From a candidate division WOR-3 bacterium (GTDB lineage: Bacteria > Hydrothermota > Tepidihabitantia > Tepidihabitantales > CAIPLT01), in the NCBI GenBank assembly GCA_026418155.1, contig JAOABV010000001.1, forward strand, positions 457-64,456: DNA of 64,000 nucleotides, written 5' to 3'. Positions within the stretch are counted from its first letter, which is position 1. The number at the start of each line of letters is the position of its first letter. The notes below the pieces were generated by a model. The model searched no databases. It worked only from the letters and a program-made list of their open reading frames with translations, and was not told the DNA's origin. Shown here in pieces: positions 42,085-52,306 of the stretch. Position numbers and translations under genes: made by a program.

Positions 42085-42837
42085 TTATTTACCTAATGCT
42101 AAACGATGGGCAAGGATTGATGGCAGTCCTGATTTTAATATCTTTTGCTGGGCCAATTTAATATTATATTCGATGCGTTCACATCTAATACCATTGGTCT
42201 CATTATCAATGATGACAACACACGCTCGACAGTCACCATCGCGTGGTTGGCCAACACTACCGACATTAATCAGATACCGGCAATCGATATTAAATCTTGA
42301 TACCTGGTGTGTTTGGATTGCTTGAATCTGTTTTCGTTCGATGTTCTGCTCAATAATTATTGGATAATGAGAATGCCCAATCAAGCCAATTGGCTGGTTA
42401 AAATATTGAAATTGTGCCTCTGCTTGATTTAACCGATATATATAATGCCAGTCTGCTGGTTCTTTAGGCGTGGCGTGAACCAAAAAGAACTTTTCCCATT
42501 CTACTTTGAGTGGAAGTTTGGCTAAATACTCCCTGCTCTCTTTATTCAACCTGTGTTTTGTCCATAGTAATGCAACTTGGGCAGGTTCATTAAAATTTGC
42601 AATGTCCGTTTTATCTAAAACCCCCCAATCGTGATTGCCGGCAACACAGAGACAATTAAGATTTTTAATCATTTCCACGCATTCATTAGGATTCGCCCCA
42701 TAGCCGACAATATCCCCTAAACATAAAAACTGGTCAATTTTTTCTCGGCTTAGAAAATCTAGCACTGCTTGTAATGCTTCTAAATTAGAATGAATGTCCG
42801 AAAAAACGGCTATGCGCATAAAATCAAAGTCGACCAC
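42085..42837 (-). CDS. calcineurin-like metallophosphoesterase (YfcE/MPP family); probable start ~42819
   Basis: MRIAVFSDIHSN...LCLGDIVGYG...GNHD motifs. Confidence 0.8.
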   Translation of the reverse strand: MVDFDFMRIAVFSDIHSNLEALQAVLDFLSREKIDQFLCLGDIVGYGANPNECVEMIKNLNCLCVAGNHDWGVLDKTDIANFNEPAQVALLWTKHRLNKESREYLAKLPLKVEWEKFFLVHATPKEPADWHYIYRLNQAEAQFQYFNQPIGLIGHSHYPIIIEQNIERKQIQAIQTHQVSRFNIDCRYLINVGSVGQPRDGDCRACVVIIDNETNGIRCERIEYNIKLAQQKILKSGLPSILAHRLALGK

Positions 42838-42892
42838 CTATATCTTTTTTTAGGCTGTGCTGAATATCTAAAAATTGCGGTTCGTTTAATCC

Positions 42893-43819
42893 TTAAAATC
42901 TTCCTAATAAGTAGAGCAAGATGGCTCGTTGGATATGAAGACGATTTTCCGCTTGGTCTAAAACAATTGAATGTGGTCCGTCAATCACATCGTCTGTAAT
43001 CTCTTCCCCTCGATGTGCCGGTAAACAATGCATTACCCAATAAACATCTGGTGCATAAGACAAAAGTTGTCGATTGACTTGAAATTTCTTAAAAATTCTT
43101 TGTCTTTTTTCCGACTCAGATTCCTGTCCCATAGAAACCCAAGTATCCGTATAAATAAATTCACTTTCCGCAACCGCAGATTCTGGTTCATTAAAGAGTT
43201 CAATTTTACTGCCACTGGTTTTAGCCAATTCTAAAGTTTTAGTTAAAATTGATGGGTTTGGCCCGTATTCTTTGGGTGTTGCGATTTTTAAGTGAACGCC
43301 TAAAAGCGCTGATGCCAGCATTAAAGAATGGCAAACATTGTTACCATCACCAACCCAAGCAATTTTTATATCTTGCAACTTACCAATTTTATCATAGATA
43401 GTTAAAAAATCGGCTAAAACTTGACAAGGATGCTCTAAATCAGAAAGCGCGTTAATAACCGGTACCGTGCTGAATTTACCTAATTCCACTACGGTATTAT
43501 GACTAAAAGTTCGAGCGCTAATCACATTTACCCATCGGCTAAGATTTCTGGCAACATCCGCCACTGACTCGCGTTTTCCTAAACCAATATCGGTAGGTCC
43601 CAAATAAATTGCTGAACCACCTAATTGACGAATCGCAACTTCAAATGTAACTCGTGTTCTTAAGGACGGTTTCTCAAAAACTAAAGCCAATATTTTTCCT
43701 TCTAAATACGGTAAAGTTGGTTCAAACTTTAGTTCGTCCCTTAAATCGATTGCCTTAAAGATTAGTTTTTGAATTGTATCTTTTGATAAATCTAAAATAC
43801 TTATTAAATCTTTTTTCAT
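42893..43819 (-). CDS. argF: ornithine carbamoyltransferase
   Basis: STRTR carbamoyl-phosphate motif, HCLPA, DTWVSMG ornithine-binding motif. Confidence 0.85.
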   Translation of the reverse strand: MKKDLISILDLSKDTIQKLIFKAIDLRDELKFEPTLPYLEGKILALVFEKPSLRTRVTFEVAIRQLGGSAIYLGPTDIGLGKRESVADVARNLSRWVNVISARTFSHNTVVELGKFSTVPVINALSDLEHPCQVLADFLTIYDKIGKLQDIKIAWVGDGNNVCHSLMLASALLGVHLKIATPKEYGPNPSILTKTLELAKTSGSKIELFNEPESAVAESEFIYTDTWVSMGQESESEKRQRIFKKFQVNRQLLSYAPDVYWVMHCLPAHRGEEITDDVIDGPHSIVLDQAENRLHIQRAILLYLLGRF

Positions 43820-44093
43820 TTATCCTTCTTTCTAAACTGCTTGGTTTTAACCACTGATTTTCATTGAGTGTTGATTGTTGCTAAGATAAGTAATTTTTTT
43901 TGGTAAAAATATTCTCTGGGTATTGATTGTTAGGGGTAATTTGTGAATTGCTTATAATTAAGAAATCTGCAAAATACATTTTTTGTTACGCCAACACCCA
44001 TCCGATAAATTCTCAAAGTGACCGATCATTTAAAAACCAGTATCTAAAGTTTCCCTTTTGTTCTTGATATCTTTGTGGTCTGTTTTCGGGTCC

Positions 44094-45527
44094 TCATAAT
44101 ATATACTTTGTTAAGTCTTTATTCTCAATAATATCTTTCAATTGACTCTGCACATAATCTCGAGTTATCTTAATCTGTTGAACATCGGGTGCAGGAAGTT
44201 TGAATAAGATATCTTCTAAGAGTGCATTCATTATTGTATGTAATCTACGGGCACCGATATTCTCCATTTGCTCATTTACTTGTGCCGCAATTTCCGCAAT
44301 CGCAGATATGGCTTCGTCATCAAATTCTAATTTGACACCTTCAGTTGCAAGTAATGCCGTATATTGTTTAATCAGCGCATTTTCTGGTTCGACTAAAATT
44401 CTCTTAAAGTCGTCTTTATTAAGTGGGTCAAGTTCAACTCGAATCGGAAAGCGTCCTTGCAATTCAGGTATTAAATCCGATGGCTTGGCGTTATGAAAAG
44501 CACCAGCAGCAATAAATAAGATATGGTCAGTCTTAATCATACCGTATTTGGTAAAGACATTAGAGCCTTCAACAATTGGTAGCAAATCCCTTTGCACTCC
44601 TTCTCGAGAAACATCTGGACCAAAAGATTTACCCGCCCCAACAATTTTATCAATTTCATCTAAAAAGACAATACCAGAATTTTCCACGCGGGTTTTGGCT
44701 TCAGATACAATTTCATCCATATCAAGAAGTTTTTGGGCTTCTTCATTAGCCAAAACACTTTTGGCTTCTTTTACCGTCATCTTTCGTTTTTTGGTAGTTT
44801 TGGGGATAGCATCGGAAAAAACTTCTTGAATCCGCATCGATATTTCTTCGGCTCCGGCTTGAGAAAAAACTTCAATAAACGGTAAAACTGGTTTTACTGT
44901 CTCAATTTTAATCAATCGGTTGTCAAGTTTTCCATTGCGTAACATTTTCCGCAGTTTTTCTTTAGTCTCAGCCATTGATTGTTCTTCTCGTTTTGAGTTA
45001 GATTTGGTCTCGTTTGTAGGCCTTTTTCTTTCGCTTTGAGGCAACAATAGTTCTAAGATTCTTTCCTCGGCTAACACTTCTGCTTTCGGTGCAATCAACT
45101 GTAACTTTTCCGATTTTACCATATTAACTCCGATTTCCATCAAATCGCGAATCATACTATCGACATCGCGGCCAACATAGCCAATTTCGGTAAATTTAGA
45201 TGCTTCAACTTTAACAAATGGGGCGCGGACTAACTTGGCTAAACGACGCGCAATCTCCGTCTTGCCAACACCTGTTGGACCAATAAGAATAATGTTATTA
45301 GGATAGATTTCTTCTTTTAATTTACCACTTACTTGCTGACGACGCCAGCGATTGCGTAGCGCAATGGCTACTGCCATCTTGGCTTTTTTCTGGCCAATAA
45401 TATAGCGGTCAAGATACTCAACAATTTCTGATGGTGTCCAAAAATTATTATCTAATTTCGTATCAACATCGCCAGCAGCAAAAAGCTCAGCATCTCTTGT
45501 GGTTTTCAAAAGATTCTCTATCGACAT
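44094..45527 (-). CDS. hslU: ATP-dependent protease ATPase subunit HslU (no hslV adjacent)
   Basis: ...[25 protein letters not shown]..., Walker [10 protein letters not shown]-domain, C-terminal ...[10 protein letters not shown]. Confidence 0.9.
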   Translation of the reverse strand: MSIENLLKTTRDAELFAAGDVDTKLDNNFWTPSEIVEYLDRYIIGQKKAKMAVAIALRNRWRRQQVSGKLKEEIYPNNIILIGPTGVGKTEIARRLAKLVRAPFVKVEASKFTEIGYVGRDVDSMIRDLMEIGVNMVKSEKLQLIAPKAEVLAEERILELLLPQSERKRPTNETKSNSKREEQSMAETKEKLRKMLRNGKLDNRLIKIETVKPVLPFIEVFSQAGAEEISMRIQEVFSDAIPKTTKKRKMTVKEAKSVLANEEAQKLLDMDEIVSEAKTRVENSGIVFLDEIDKIVGAGKSFGPDVSREGVQRDLLPIVEGSNVFTKYGMIKTDHILFIAAGAFHNAKPSDLIPELQGRFPIRVELDPLNKDDFKRILVEPENALIKQYTALLATEGVKLEFDDEAISAIAEIAAQVNEQMENIGARRLHTIMNALLEDILFKLPAPDVQQIKITRDYVQSQLKDIIENKDLTKYIL

Positions 45528-45639
45528 ATTAAAATTTTACCTTCTTGTTAACTAAAAGTCAAGCACTTTCCCGATTAAAATGCTGTTGGCGTGTAAATCA
45601 GGGAAAATCTATGTTAGTGTTGATTAAATTAGTTATCTG

Positions 45640-46320
45640 TTAGGGAAAAACACCTAAACGCCTTAATTCTTGTTCAGCTTTTTCTTTAAGTTTTCGATTC
45701 TGGGTTGTCTGATAAATTGTCTGCCAAATTTCAATTGCCATATCTTTAGCCCCACCACGGTCAAAAGCAAATGCGGCCCAGCGTTCGGTTATTGTCCAAG
45801 TCTCAGGTAATTTTGAAGCAATTTCAAAATAATATCCGGCCGAGACATAGTCTTTAGTTATCATATAATTGATAAAACCCGCATCAAATACTAACTGCCA
45901 ATTTAGGGGATTGTTTGCCATTCCGTGATAAAGTAATTTCAAGGCTTCAGTATATTGCCGAGCATCCCAAGCAATAACAATTGCACCAAAATGATAAGCA
46001 CCAATAAATCTTGGGTCCAGGGTGGTAAGAATATCAAATATATGGTCTAACCAGATAAATTTCCGGTCCGTGATTAAATGTTGGCCGTAATATTGAACTG
46101 CTCGCAACCAGACCAAATCTGCCATCGCTGTCTCATATTCAATCGTAAGTGGCTTTAAGAACTTGCCGGACGGAAAATACATCAATTCTTCGACAATACG
46201 AACTTGAAGTGATTTATGCCGAGAGGCATCGATAATACTCTGAATCTGCCAAATAAGAACAAATCCAATGGCAATAACCGGAATTACTATAACTCGTCGG
46301 ATAATCTCGTTAGTCATCAC
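45640..46320 (-). CDS. hypothetical membrane-anchored protein (single N-terminal TM)
   Basis: ORF only; downstream of an ABC-2 exporter pair. Confidence 0.45.
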   Translation of the reverse strand: MMTNEIIRRVIVIPVIAIGFVLIWQIQSIIDASRHKSLQVRIVEELMYFPSGKFLKPLTIEYETAMADLVWLRAVQYYGQHLITDRKFIWLDHIFDILTTLDPRFIGAYHFGAIVIAWDARQYTEALKLLYHGMANNPLNWQLVFDAGFINYMITKDYVSAGYYFEIASKLPETWTITERWAAFAFDRGGAKDMAIEIWQTIYQTTQNRKLKEKAEQELRRLGVFP

Positions 46321-46433
46321 TATAAGAATCTATACTGTTATCTTATTTAATAAAAAACTCTGCTTCAGAAATATCTGTCCCAAATGGCAATTGTGCAATT
46401 AGTGTTTAATTGCCAGCAATCTTTCATCCATTT

Positions 46434-47195
46434 TTAGAAGTCTTTGCGGGCTAAAATCTGACTGGCAATGAAAAGCATTAGTCCCGAATAAAAGATTGCA
46501 TAAAGCACTGTGAGGAGTAAAGCATTGGTTTCAATAATTAAGTTATGCACGACCGCAGGTTTAACATTAAAATTGGAAAAGTTGGGTAGGATATAATATA
46601 TAATATTAGCAAAAAGTTCATTGATGGGCGATTTACTCGCTTTGGCAAAAACTTTTAAGTCGCGGGTTAAATGGCCCATCACATATATTGCAAAAGTAAA
46701 GATCGAACTGGTAATCGGCGTAGAGAAAGTAGAAAAAAGAATTGCAACCGCAGTAAGTATCCACAATTGGCAAAAGGTCATAAAAATTGCCCAAAGAAGA
46801 TAGATGTTGCTGGGAATATTCAACAAGAACATTATAATATAAAAGGCACCGGTCATAATCAGAATACTTTCAAAAAGCACTAACAACAAGCCTAAGTATT
46901 TTCCTAATACAAATTGCCAGCGCGGAATGGGTCGAGAGAGAATTAGATATATTGTTCGTTTTTCAACTTCTTTATACACCAATCGTCCTCCGACTAAGAT
47001 GGCAATTAATACGGAAAAGAAAGTTATCGCATTCAATCCAATATCTTTCACCACTTTGGCTTCTTCTCCTAATGCCAAGGGTTTAATTACTCGGCCACTG
47101 CCAATTACTAAAATCGCAAAGACAATTATTGTAATAAAGACTTTATCTCGGACCGATTCCCGAAATGTATTTAAGATTATCCCGGTAATTTTCAT
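46434..47195 (-). CDS. ABC-2 family transporter permease
   Basis: 6 TM; directly downstream of the ABC ATPase. Confidence 0.7.
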   Translation of the reverse strand: MKITGIILNTFRESVRDKVFITIIVFAILVIGSGRVIKPLALGEEAKVVKDIGLNAITFFSVLIAILVGGRLVYKEVEKRTIYLILSRPIPRWQFVLGKYLGLLLVLFESILIMTGAFYIIMFLLNIPSNIYLLWAIFMTFCQLWILTAVAILFSTFSTPITSSIFTFAIYVMGHLTRDLKVFAKASKSPINELFANIIYYILPNFSNFNVKPAVVHNLIIETNALLLTVLYAIFYSGLMLFIASQILARKDF

Positions 47196-47230
47196 CCTTG
47201 CTTGATATAGTTCTATTTTATAAAGTCATA

Positions 47231-48169
47231 TTATATTTCTTTTAATCTTTCTTTCTGAATCTGGCTGATGAAGTGGTCTTCTAAGGTCTTGCGTCTTGGT
47301 TGAAGAGAGACCAATTTCGCACGGGTTTCACGAACGATGGTCAAAATCCGTTCCGCAGATGCTTCATCCGAGACAGTAATCAATGCTTTATTATCTCCTT
47401 CAATTACTTTTGTCGCAATTTTTTCTATTGCCCGAAGCGTCTTGTGGTCTAATCCTTCGGCAACAATATCTATCATTTCAACTTTCTCACCGAGAATCGT
47501 GTCCAATTGACCCGTGCTAATAAGTTTACCATTAAGAATAATGCCTACTCGGTCACAAATCATTTCCACATCGGTTAAGATATGGGTTGAGAAGAAGACC
47601 GTTTTCCCTTGTTCTTTAAGCGAGATAATAATATCGCGAAATTCTCGTCGGCCAATTGGGTCAAGCCCTCCCATTGGTTCATCTAAAATTACTAATTCCG
47701 GGTCTGTGACCATAACCTGCGCAATCCCTAATCTTTGCAACATACCCCGAGAATAGCCCCGAATAGGTAATTTAGCAAAAGGTGCCAAACGAACCAGTTC
47801 CAGCAATCGGTTAATCCGTTGACGAACATTGTCTCTAATTCCTGATACTTGACAGCAAAACTCTAAATACTCTTTAGCATTAAGATATTCATAAAAATAG
47901 GGTGATTCGGGTAAAAAGCCGATTCGCTTTTTAGTTTCAATGTGATTAGGACTTTTGCCAAATATTAAGGCTCGTCCTTTTGTGGGATGGGCTAAACCAA
48001 CTAAAATTTTAAGTGTCGTGGTCTTGCCCGCACCGTTCGGACCTAAAAAACCAAAAATTTCATGCGCAAAAACTTCTAAATTGAGATTCTCAATTGCCCG
48101 AACCTTTTGCATCCGAAAACCAGTTCGGTAATCTTTAGTAAGATTTTCTGTAAAAATTACGCGATCCAT
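47231..48169 (-). CDS. ABC transporter ATP-binding protein (ABC-2 type)
   Basis: Walker A GPNGAGKTT, signature YSRGMLQRL, Walker B ILDEPMGGLD. Confidence 0.9.
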   Translation of the reverse strand: MDRVIFTENLTKDYRTGFRMQKVRAIENLNLEVFAHEIFGFLGPNGAGKTTTLKILVGLAHPTKGRALIFGKSPNHIETKKRIGFLPESPYFYEYLNAKEYLEFCCQVSGIRDNVRQRINRLLELVRLAPFAKLPIRGYSRGMLQRLGIAQVMVTDPELVILDEPMGGLDPIGRREFRDIIISLKEQGKTVFFSTHILTDVEMICDRVGIILNGKLISTGQLDTILGEKVEMIDIVAEGLDHKTLRAIEKIATKVIEGDNKALITVSDEASAERILTIVRETRAKLVSLQPRRKTLEDHFISQIQKERLKEI

Positions 48170-48345
48170 CTGGTCTTATCTTTTACGAAAATCACTTATT
48201 AAAGTCTTATTATCAGTACCTGGTTTACAATCCAAATCTACACCTAATTAGAGCAAAACTATTGTCAATTATAACTAATAAATATTAACTGTCAACTAAA
48301 TATTTAACTGTCAACCTTACCATTGGCAGAAATTATCGTTATTTA

Positions 48346-48424
48346 CCATAGGAGGATATATCTTTATTTTTAGCATAGCAAGTCTAAATTTACACAAAAT
48401 ATTATACCCTACCATAGGTAGACA
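48346..48424. repeat. dispersed ~70-bp repeat family, copy B (flanked by accatagg direct repeats)
   Basis: ccataggaggatatatctttatttttagcatagcaagtctaaatttacacaaaatattataccctaccatagg. Confidence 0.7.
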
Positions 48425-48649
48425 GATACTATTTATTCCAACTCTGCGCTCGCAAAATTTATCAGAAATTATATATATTTTATTATTATATTATTTAATA
48501 AACATAAACTTGGTGCGATTGATTACAATTTAGTAGTATATGAAATAGTGAGATAGCAGAGTCTGATGTAAATATATATAGAGATAGCGCTAAGAATTTT
48601 GTGTAATTTCTTTTTCTTCCATACAGACTTATTCTTTCATTATCTGTTT

Positions 48650-48698
48650 TCTTTAACATATCAAACTAAAATTTACACAAAATATTATACCCTACCGA
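48650..48698. repeat. dispersed ~70-bp repeat family, partial copy C
   Basis: ctttaacatatcaaactaaaatttacacaaaatattataccctacc. Confidence 0.6.
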
Positions 48699-49015
48699 GA
48701 AAGATTATTAGCAACTTCTATTTCTCATTGTTGACTTGGGCTAAATAATACTTATAATCAATGTAAAATGGAATCATTTTTAGGTCGCTTTTATCCTTTA
48801 TTCCTCGAATTCTTGCGCAATCTTTTTGGACAAAACATCAGAATAGTCCAGTCCTTGATATTAAACTACCAAACCTAATGACAGATTCAAGTCAGTGTAA
48901 CGGCGCTAATTAAAAACCTTAATCAGTTAAAGTGTAACATTAAGCACTATGCCAACTGATTTATTAAACACTTATGAACAAGAGCAAAAGGTAATTTAGC
49001 GACTTTCGCATTATC

Positions 49016-50155
49016 TTGATTTTACAGCACTTGTTATTTCTTCTGCCTATTTTTATAATCGGCCAGCCTTTACAAAATCGGATACTTGTGGCAACCTCTG
49101 CTGATGGTCTTACATTTCATAAACTAAATATGATTTTTTGCGATTCGGCTGATGTGCCTGATGCTATAATTGGTCCGAATAACTCGGTCTATCTTTTTTA
49201 TCAAGGACTCATAACTCATTGGTCTGATGGTATTAAAGTGGCAATTTCTAATAATGGCATAAATAATTGGCAACACTATCAAGTTATAATTCCTGGCACA
49301 GAGAACTGGCCCGGAAAGCCTTGCGACCCTGATGTGATTATGTTTGGAGATACTTTTAGATTATATTTTACTGGTGACCCAATTAATGATATGCAACCAG
49401 AAACTTATTCTGCATTCTCATTAGACGGTATTCATTTCAATTTGGAAAACGGTATCAGATTTCAAGTTGCGGGTTTTCCTGTGCTTGACCCTACTTTATT
49501 ATGGACCAATGGAACTTTACAATATTTTGCTGGTGGTGCACCGGCAAATTTTAATTGGCACGCCCATTCTACTAATGGCTTACAATTTGTTCAGCAATCT
49601 AATTTTAATATCAATAACCTGATGATGGCAAATGGTATTTCTGCAATTACCAGTGGTTATCGTTTTTATTGTTTTAGCAACAATCCCAATGACCGTAATA
49701 TTAGGTCTATTTATTCTTCTGATGGAGAGAACTGGATACTTGAAAATGGATTTCGGCTTCAACACGACTCAACCAATCCTTTAGAATATCTTTATGTTAA
49801 AGACCCAGCAATCGTTTATAAAGATAGTTGCTATATTATGTATTATGTTACGCGCAAGCGACCAAATTGTCTTGAAGAAACGCCAGACAATTCTCAAAAA
49901 ATAATTATCTATCCTAACCCATTTTCAATTACAGTTCAAATTCGGTTAGGTTGTGACATAAAAAATATTAATATTTATGATAAAACCGGCAGGTTAATTA
50001 AATCGTTTGGGTCTGAACACTACATCTATTGGAACGGAAGAGATAATTATAATAGAATAGTTCAATCTGGTATCTATTTTCTTGGTTTTGAAAAGAAAGG
50101 AAAAAAATTTGTTAGGAAAATAATAAAAATAGATAAAATATATTTTGATGAATGA
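49016..50155 (+). CDS. secreted T9SS cargo protein, beta-propeller glycoside-hydrolase-like (GH43/32/130-type fold guess); TTG start, upstream ATG 48975 out of frame
   Basis: Signal-like N-terminus; repeated aromatic/Gly blades; C-terminal ...GIYFLGFEKKGKKFVRKIIKI sorting-domain signature. Confidence 0.55.
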   Translation: MILQHLLFLLPIFIIGQPLQNRILVATSADGLTFHKLNMIFCDSADVPDAIIGPNNSVYLFYQGLITHWSDGIKVAISNNGINNWQHYQVIIPGTENWPGKPCDPDVIMFGDTFRLYFTGDPINDMQPETYSAFSLDGIHFNLENGIRFQVAGFPVLDPTLLWTNGTLQYFAGGAPANFNWHAHSTNGLQFVQQSNFNINNLMMANGISAITSGYRFYCFSNNPNDRNIRSIYSSDGENWILENGFRLQHDSTNPLEYLYVKDPAIVYKDSCYIMYYVTRKRPNCLEETPDNSQKIIIYPNPFSITVQIRLGCDIKNINIYDKTGRLIKSFGSEHYIYWNGRDNYNRIVQSGIYFLGFEKKGKKFVRKIIKIDKIYFDE

Positions 50156-50351
50156 AAGAAAATATTAAAAAAATAAGTTATCTTGAAAACATTAAAAAAT
50201 AAGTTTTATTAACACAAAAGGGATAAAGAAATAAAAATTTTAATTGTCGTGCTTAATAAAAATTTTAGCAACGATTGTAGAAATTTTGGTAAAATAAAGC
50301 CAAGATTATTCTTTTCCTCCAGATTTTTAATGTTACAGACTACTTTTTTAA

Positions 50352-50640
50352 CAGACAGTTCCTGTAATCAAGACCTATACCTTCGCTTTAACCACTCACT
50401 TCCCTGACATCCTCGGTTACCTAATAGGTAAGCCGGTCGGCAAGCCAGGAGGCAAGCCAGGAGGCAAGCCGGGGGGCATACCCCTCGGCAACCCACCGGC
50501 ATACCCTTCTGACCACCCAATCTACAAATATTCAGATTGTCCTTTTAGTAACCTAATGATTTAACCCCTCGATTATCAATAGGATAGTAGATAAAGTCAC
50601 CTAATCCTTTACCTTCTCGGTGAAACAGACCCGCGGCTCA
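50352..50640 (+). repeat. GC-rich repeat element, copy 2 (core 50470-50620), ~250 bp 3' of a T9SS cargo gene; carries (ggcaagccagga)x2.5
   Basis: See 15002..15240; embedded start-less ORF ...GKPGGKPGGKPGG..PPAYPSDHPIYKY...MI*. Confidence 0.7.
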
Positions 50641-50979
50641 TTTGATTAGCAAGGGTCGGGTTAGGCCAAAACCGGAAATATGCGCAGACTCAACCTAAAC
50701 CCACTAAAGATACTAACCTACCCAATGGAATTTACAGTGCAATATACCGGTTAATCCATTGCTTATATCTTTATTACAAAAATCCGAGTAAGTCATTCCC
50801 AACCATCCTTTATAATCAAAGCGGAGTTTACGAACCCTCAGTTATTAATAAAAAACTCCTTGATAAAACCTAATTTTCTATTTAATGTTTAGATGCTTTA
50901 TCTATCTTATTAAAATCCAATATGTTAATAACTATTAGCTCTTGTTGTCTTGTTTTGTTAAGTGACTTATGGTTAATTT

Positions 50980-52005
50980 TTAGTCAATGCAGAAAGGATT
51001 TTCGCAACCCTGACGGCAATTTCTGATTATCACATCTTTTTTGCCCTGATATAATTCTGTAGAAAAATAGCGTTCGGAACGGTCAGGTAAGACCGTTACC
51101 ACAATCTTATCTTTGCCTATTTTCTTTAACACATTAATTGCACCTAAAACATTTGCGCCTGATGAAACTCCCACCATCATGCCTGATTTCTGGCATATTT
51201 CTCTTGCCATTTTAACTGCATCAATGCTTTTTATGGGTTCACACCAGTCGATAAGATTAATATCAACTAATGCCGGAACAAAACCTGTACCGATGCCAAA
51301 TATCTGATGGGGCATAGGCTTTTTACATCCAGTTAATACCGCAGATTCTTCGGGTTCTACCGCGATAATTTTACATTCAGGATTTATTTCTTTTAATTTC
51401 CTACCAACACCAGTTAAAGTGCTGCCAGTGCCTACTCCGGCGACAAAAGCATCTATTCTTTTATTTTCCATTTGCTTGCTTATTTCTTCGCCGGTGGTTT
51501 TATAATGGCAAGCAATGTCTTCAGGATTCTCAAATTGTTTAGGTAAAAATACTTTGGGATTATTGTCTGCAATTTTGCGTGTTCTGGTTAATGCACCTTG
51601 ATAAAATTCTTCTTGCGGAGTAAGACATATTTCTGCGCCTAACATAGTTAATATTTTCTGTCGTTCAATACTAACATTTTCTGGCATGACTATAATACAC
51701 TTATATCCTTTAACTGCACAAACCATTGCAAAACTAATACCTGTATTACCACTGGTGGCTTCAACTATTATTGAATTAGGACTTAATTCGTGTCGACTTT
51801 CTGCTTGCTCAATAACATATTTAGCAATACGGTCTTTAATACTGCCAGTTGGATTTAAGAATTCCAGTTTAGCAAAAATCCGCCAGTTTTCGTTCTCATA
51901 TTTAATGTTTAATTCAATTAATGGAGTGTTGCCTATAGCATCTAATACTGTGGAGATCGGTTCGGTGCGTATGAAATTTTCTAACATAGAAACGATTATA
52001 GCCAA
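50980..52005 (-). CDS. PLP-dependent cysteine synthase family protein (CysK/CysM-like) with Cys-rich C-terminal tail
   Basis: PLP lysine ...NPTGSIKDR..., ...ATSGNTGIS..., ...GVGTGST...; extra C-terminal ...NCRQGCENPFCID (C-x3-C-x4-C). Confidence 0.75.
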   Translation of the reverse strand: MAIIVSMLENFIRTEPISTVLDAIGNTPLIELNIKYENENWRIFAKLEFLNPTGSIKDRIAKYVIEQAESRHELSPNSIIVEATSGNTGISFAMVCAVKGYKCIIVMPENVSIERQKILTMLGAEICLTPQEEFYQGALTRTRKIADNNPKVFLPKQFENPEDIACHYKTTGEEISKQMENKRIDAFVAGVGTGSTLTGVGRKLKEINPECKIIAVEPEESAVLTGCKKPMPHQIFGIGTGFVPALVDINLIDWCEPIKSIDAVKMAREICQKSGMMVGVSSGANVLGAINVLKKIGKDKIVVTVLPDRSERYFSTELYQGKKDVIIRNCRQGCENPFCID

Positions 52006-52039
52006 ACATTTTCTCTCGTCAAGAGTAAATACTTCCTTT

Positions 52040-52306
52040 TAAATAAAATCTGTTTTAAGGTTTAACAAGGTAGAGCAATTAAAAATATATAATTTTAATA
52101 ATATTATTAAGATAAAAACTATTATTATTTATTATGTGGATAACTAAAGAATACCTAAAATACATAATAAACATATATAAACTTAATCCACATCCGATAA
52201 AATCTTTTTTGTTATTTGTGGATAAGAAAGATCAAACAGACAAATTTACTTTCTTTGTAGTGGATAATTACTACATTTTCAACAAGTTTTCCACAACTTA
52301 TCCACC
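52040..52306. other. oriC part 1: DnaA-box cluster downstream of dnaA
   Basis: TGTGGATAA 52136-44, AATCCACA 52185-92, TGTGGATAA 52218-26, AGTGGATAA 52259-67, TTTTCCACA 52287-95, TTATCCACC 52298-306. Confidence 0.7.
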
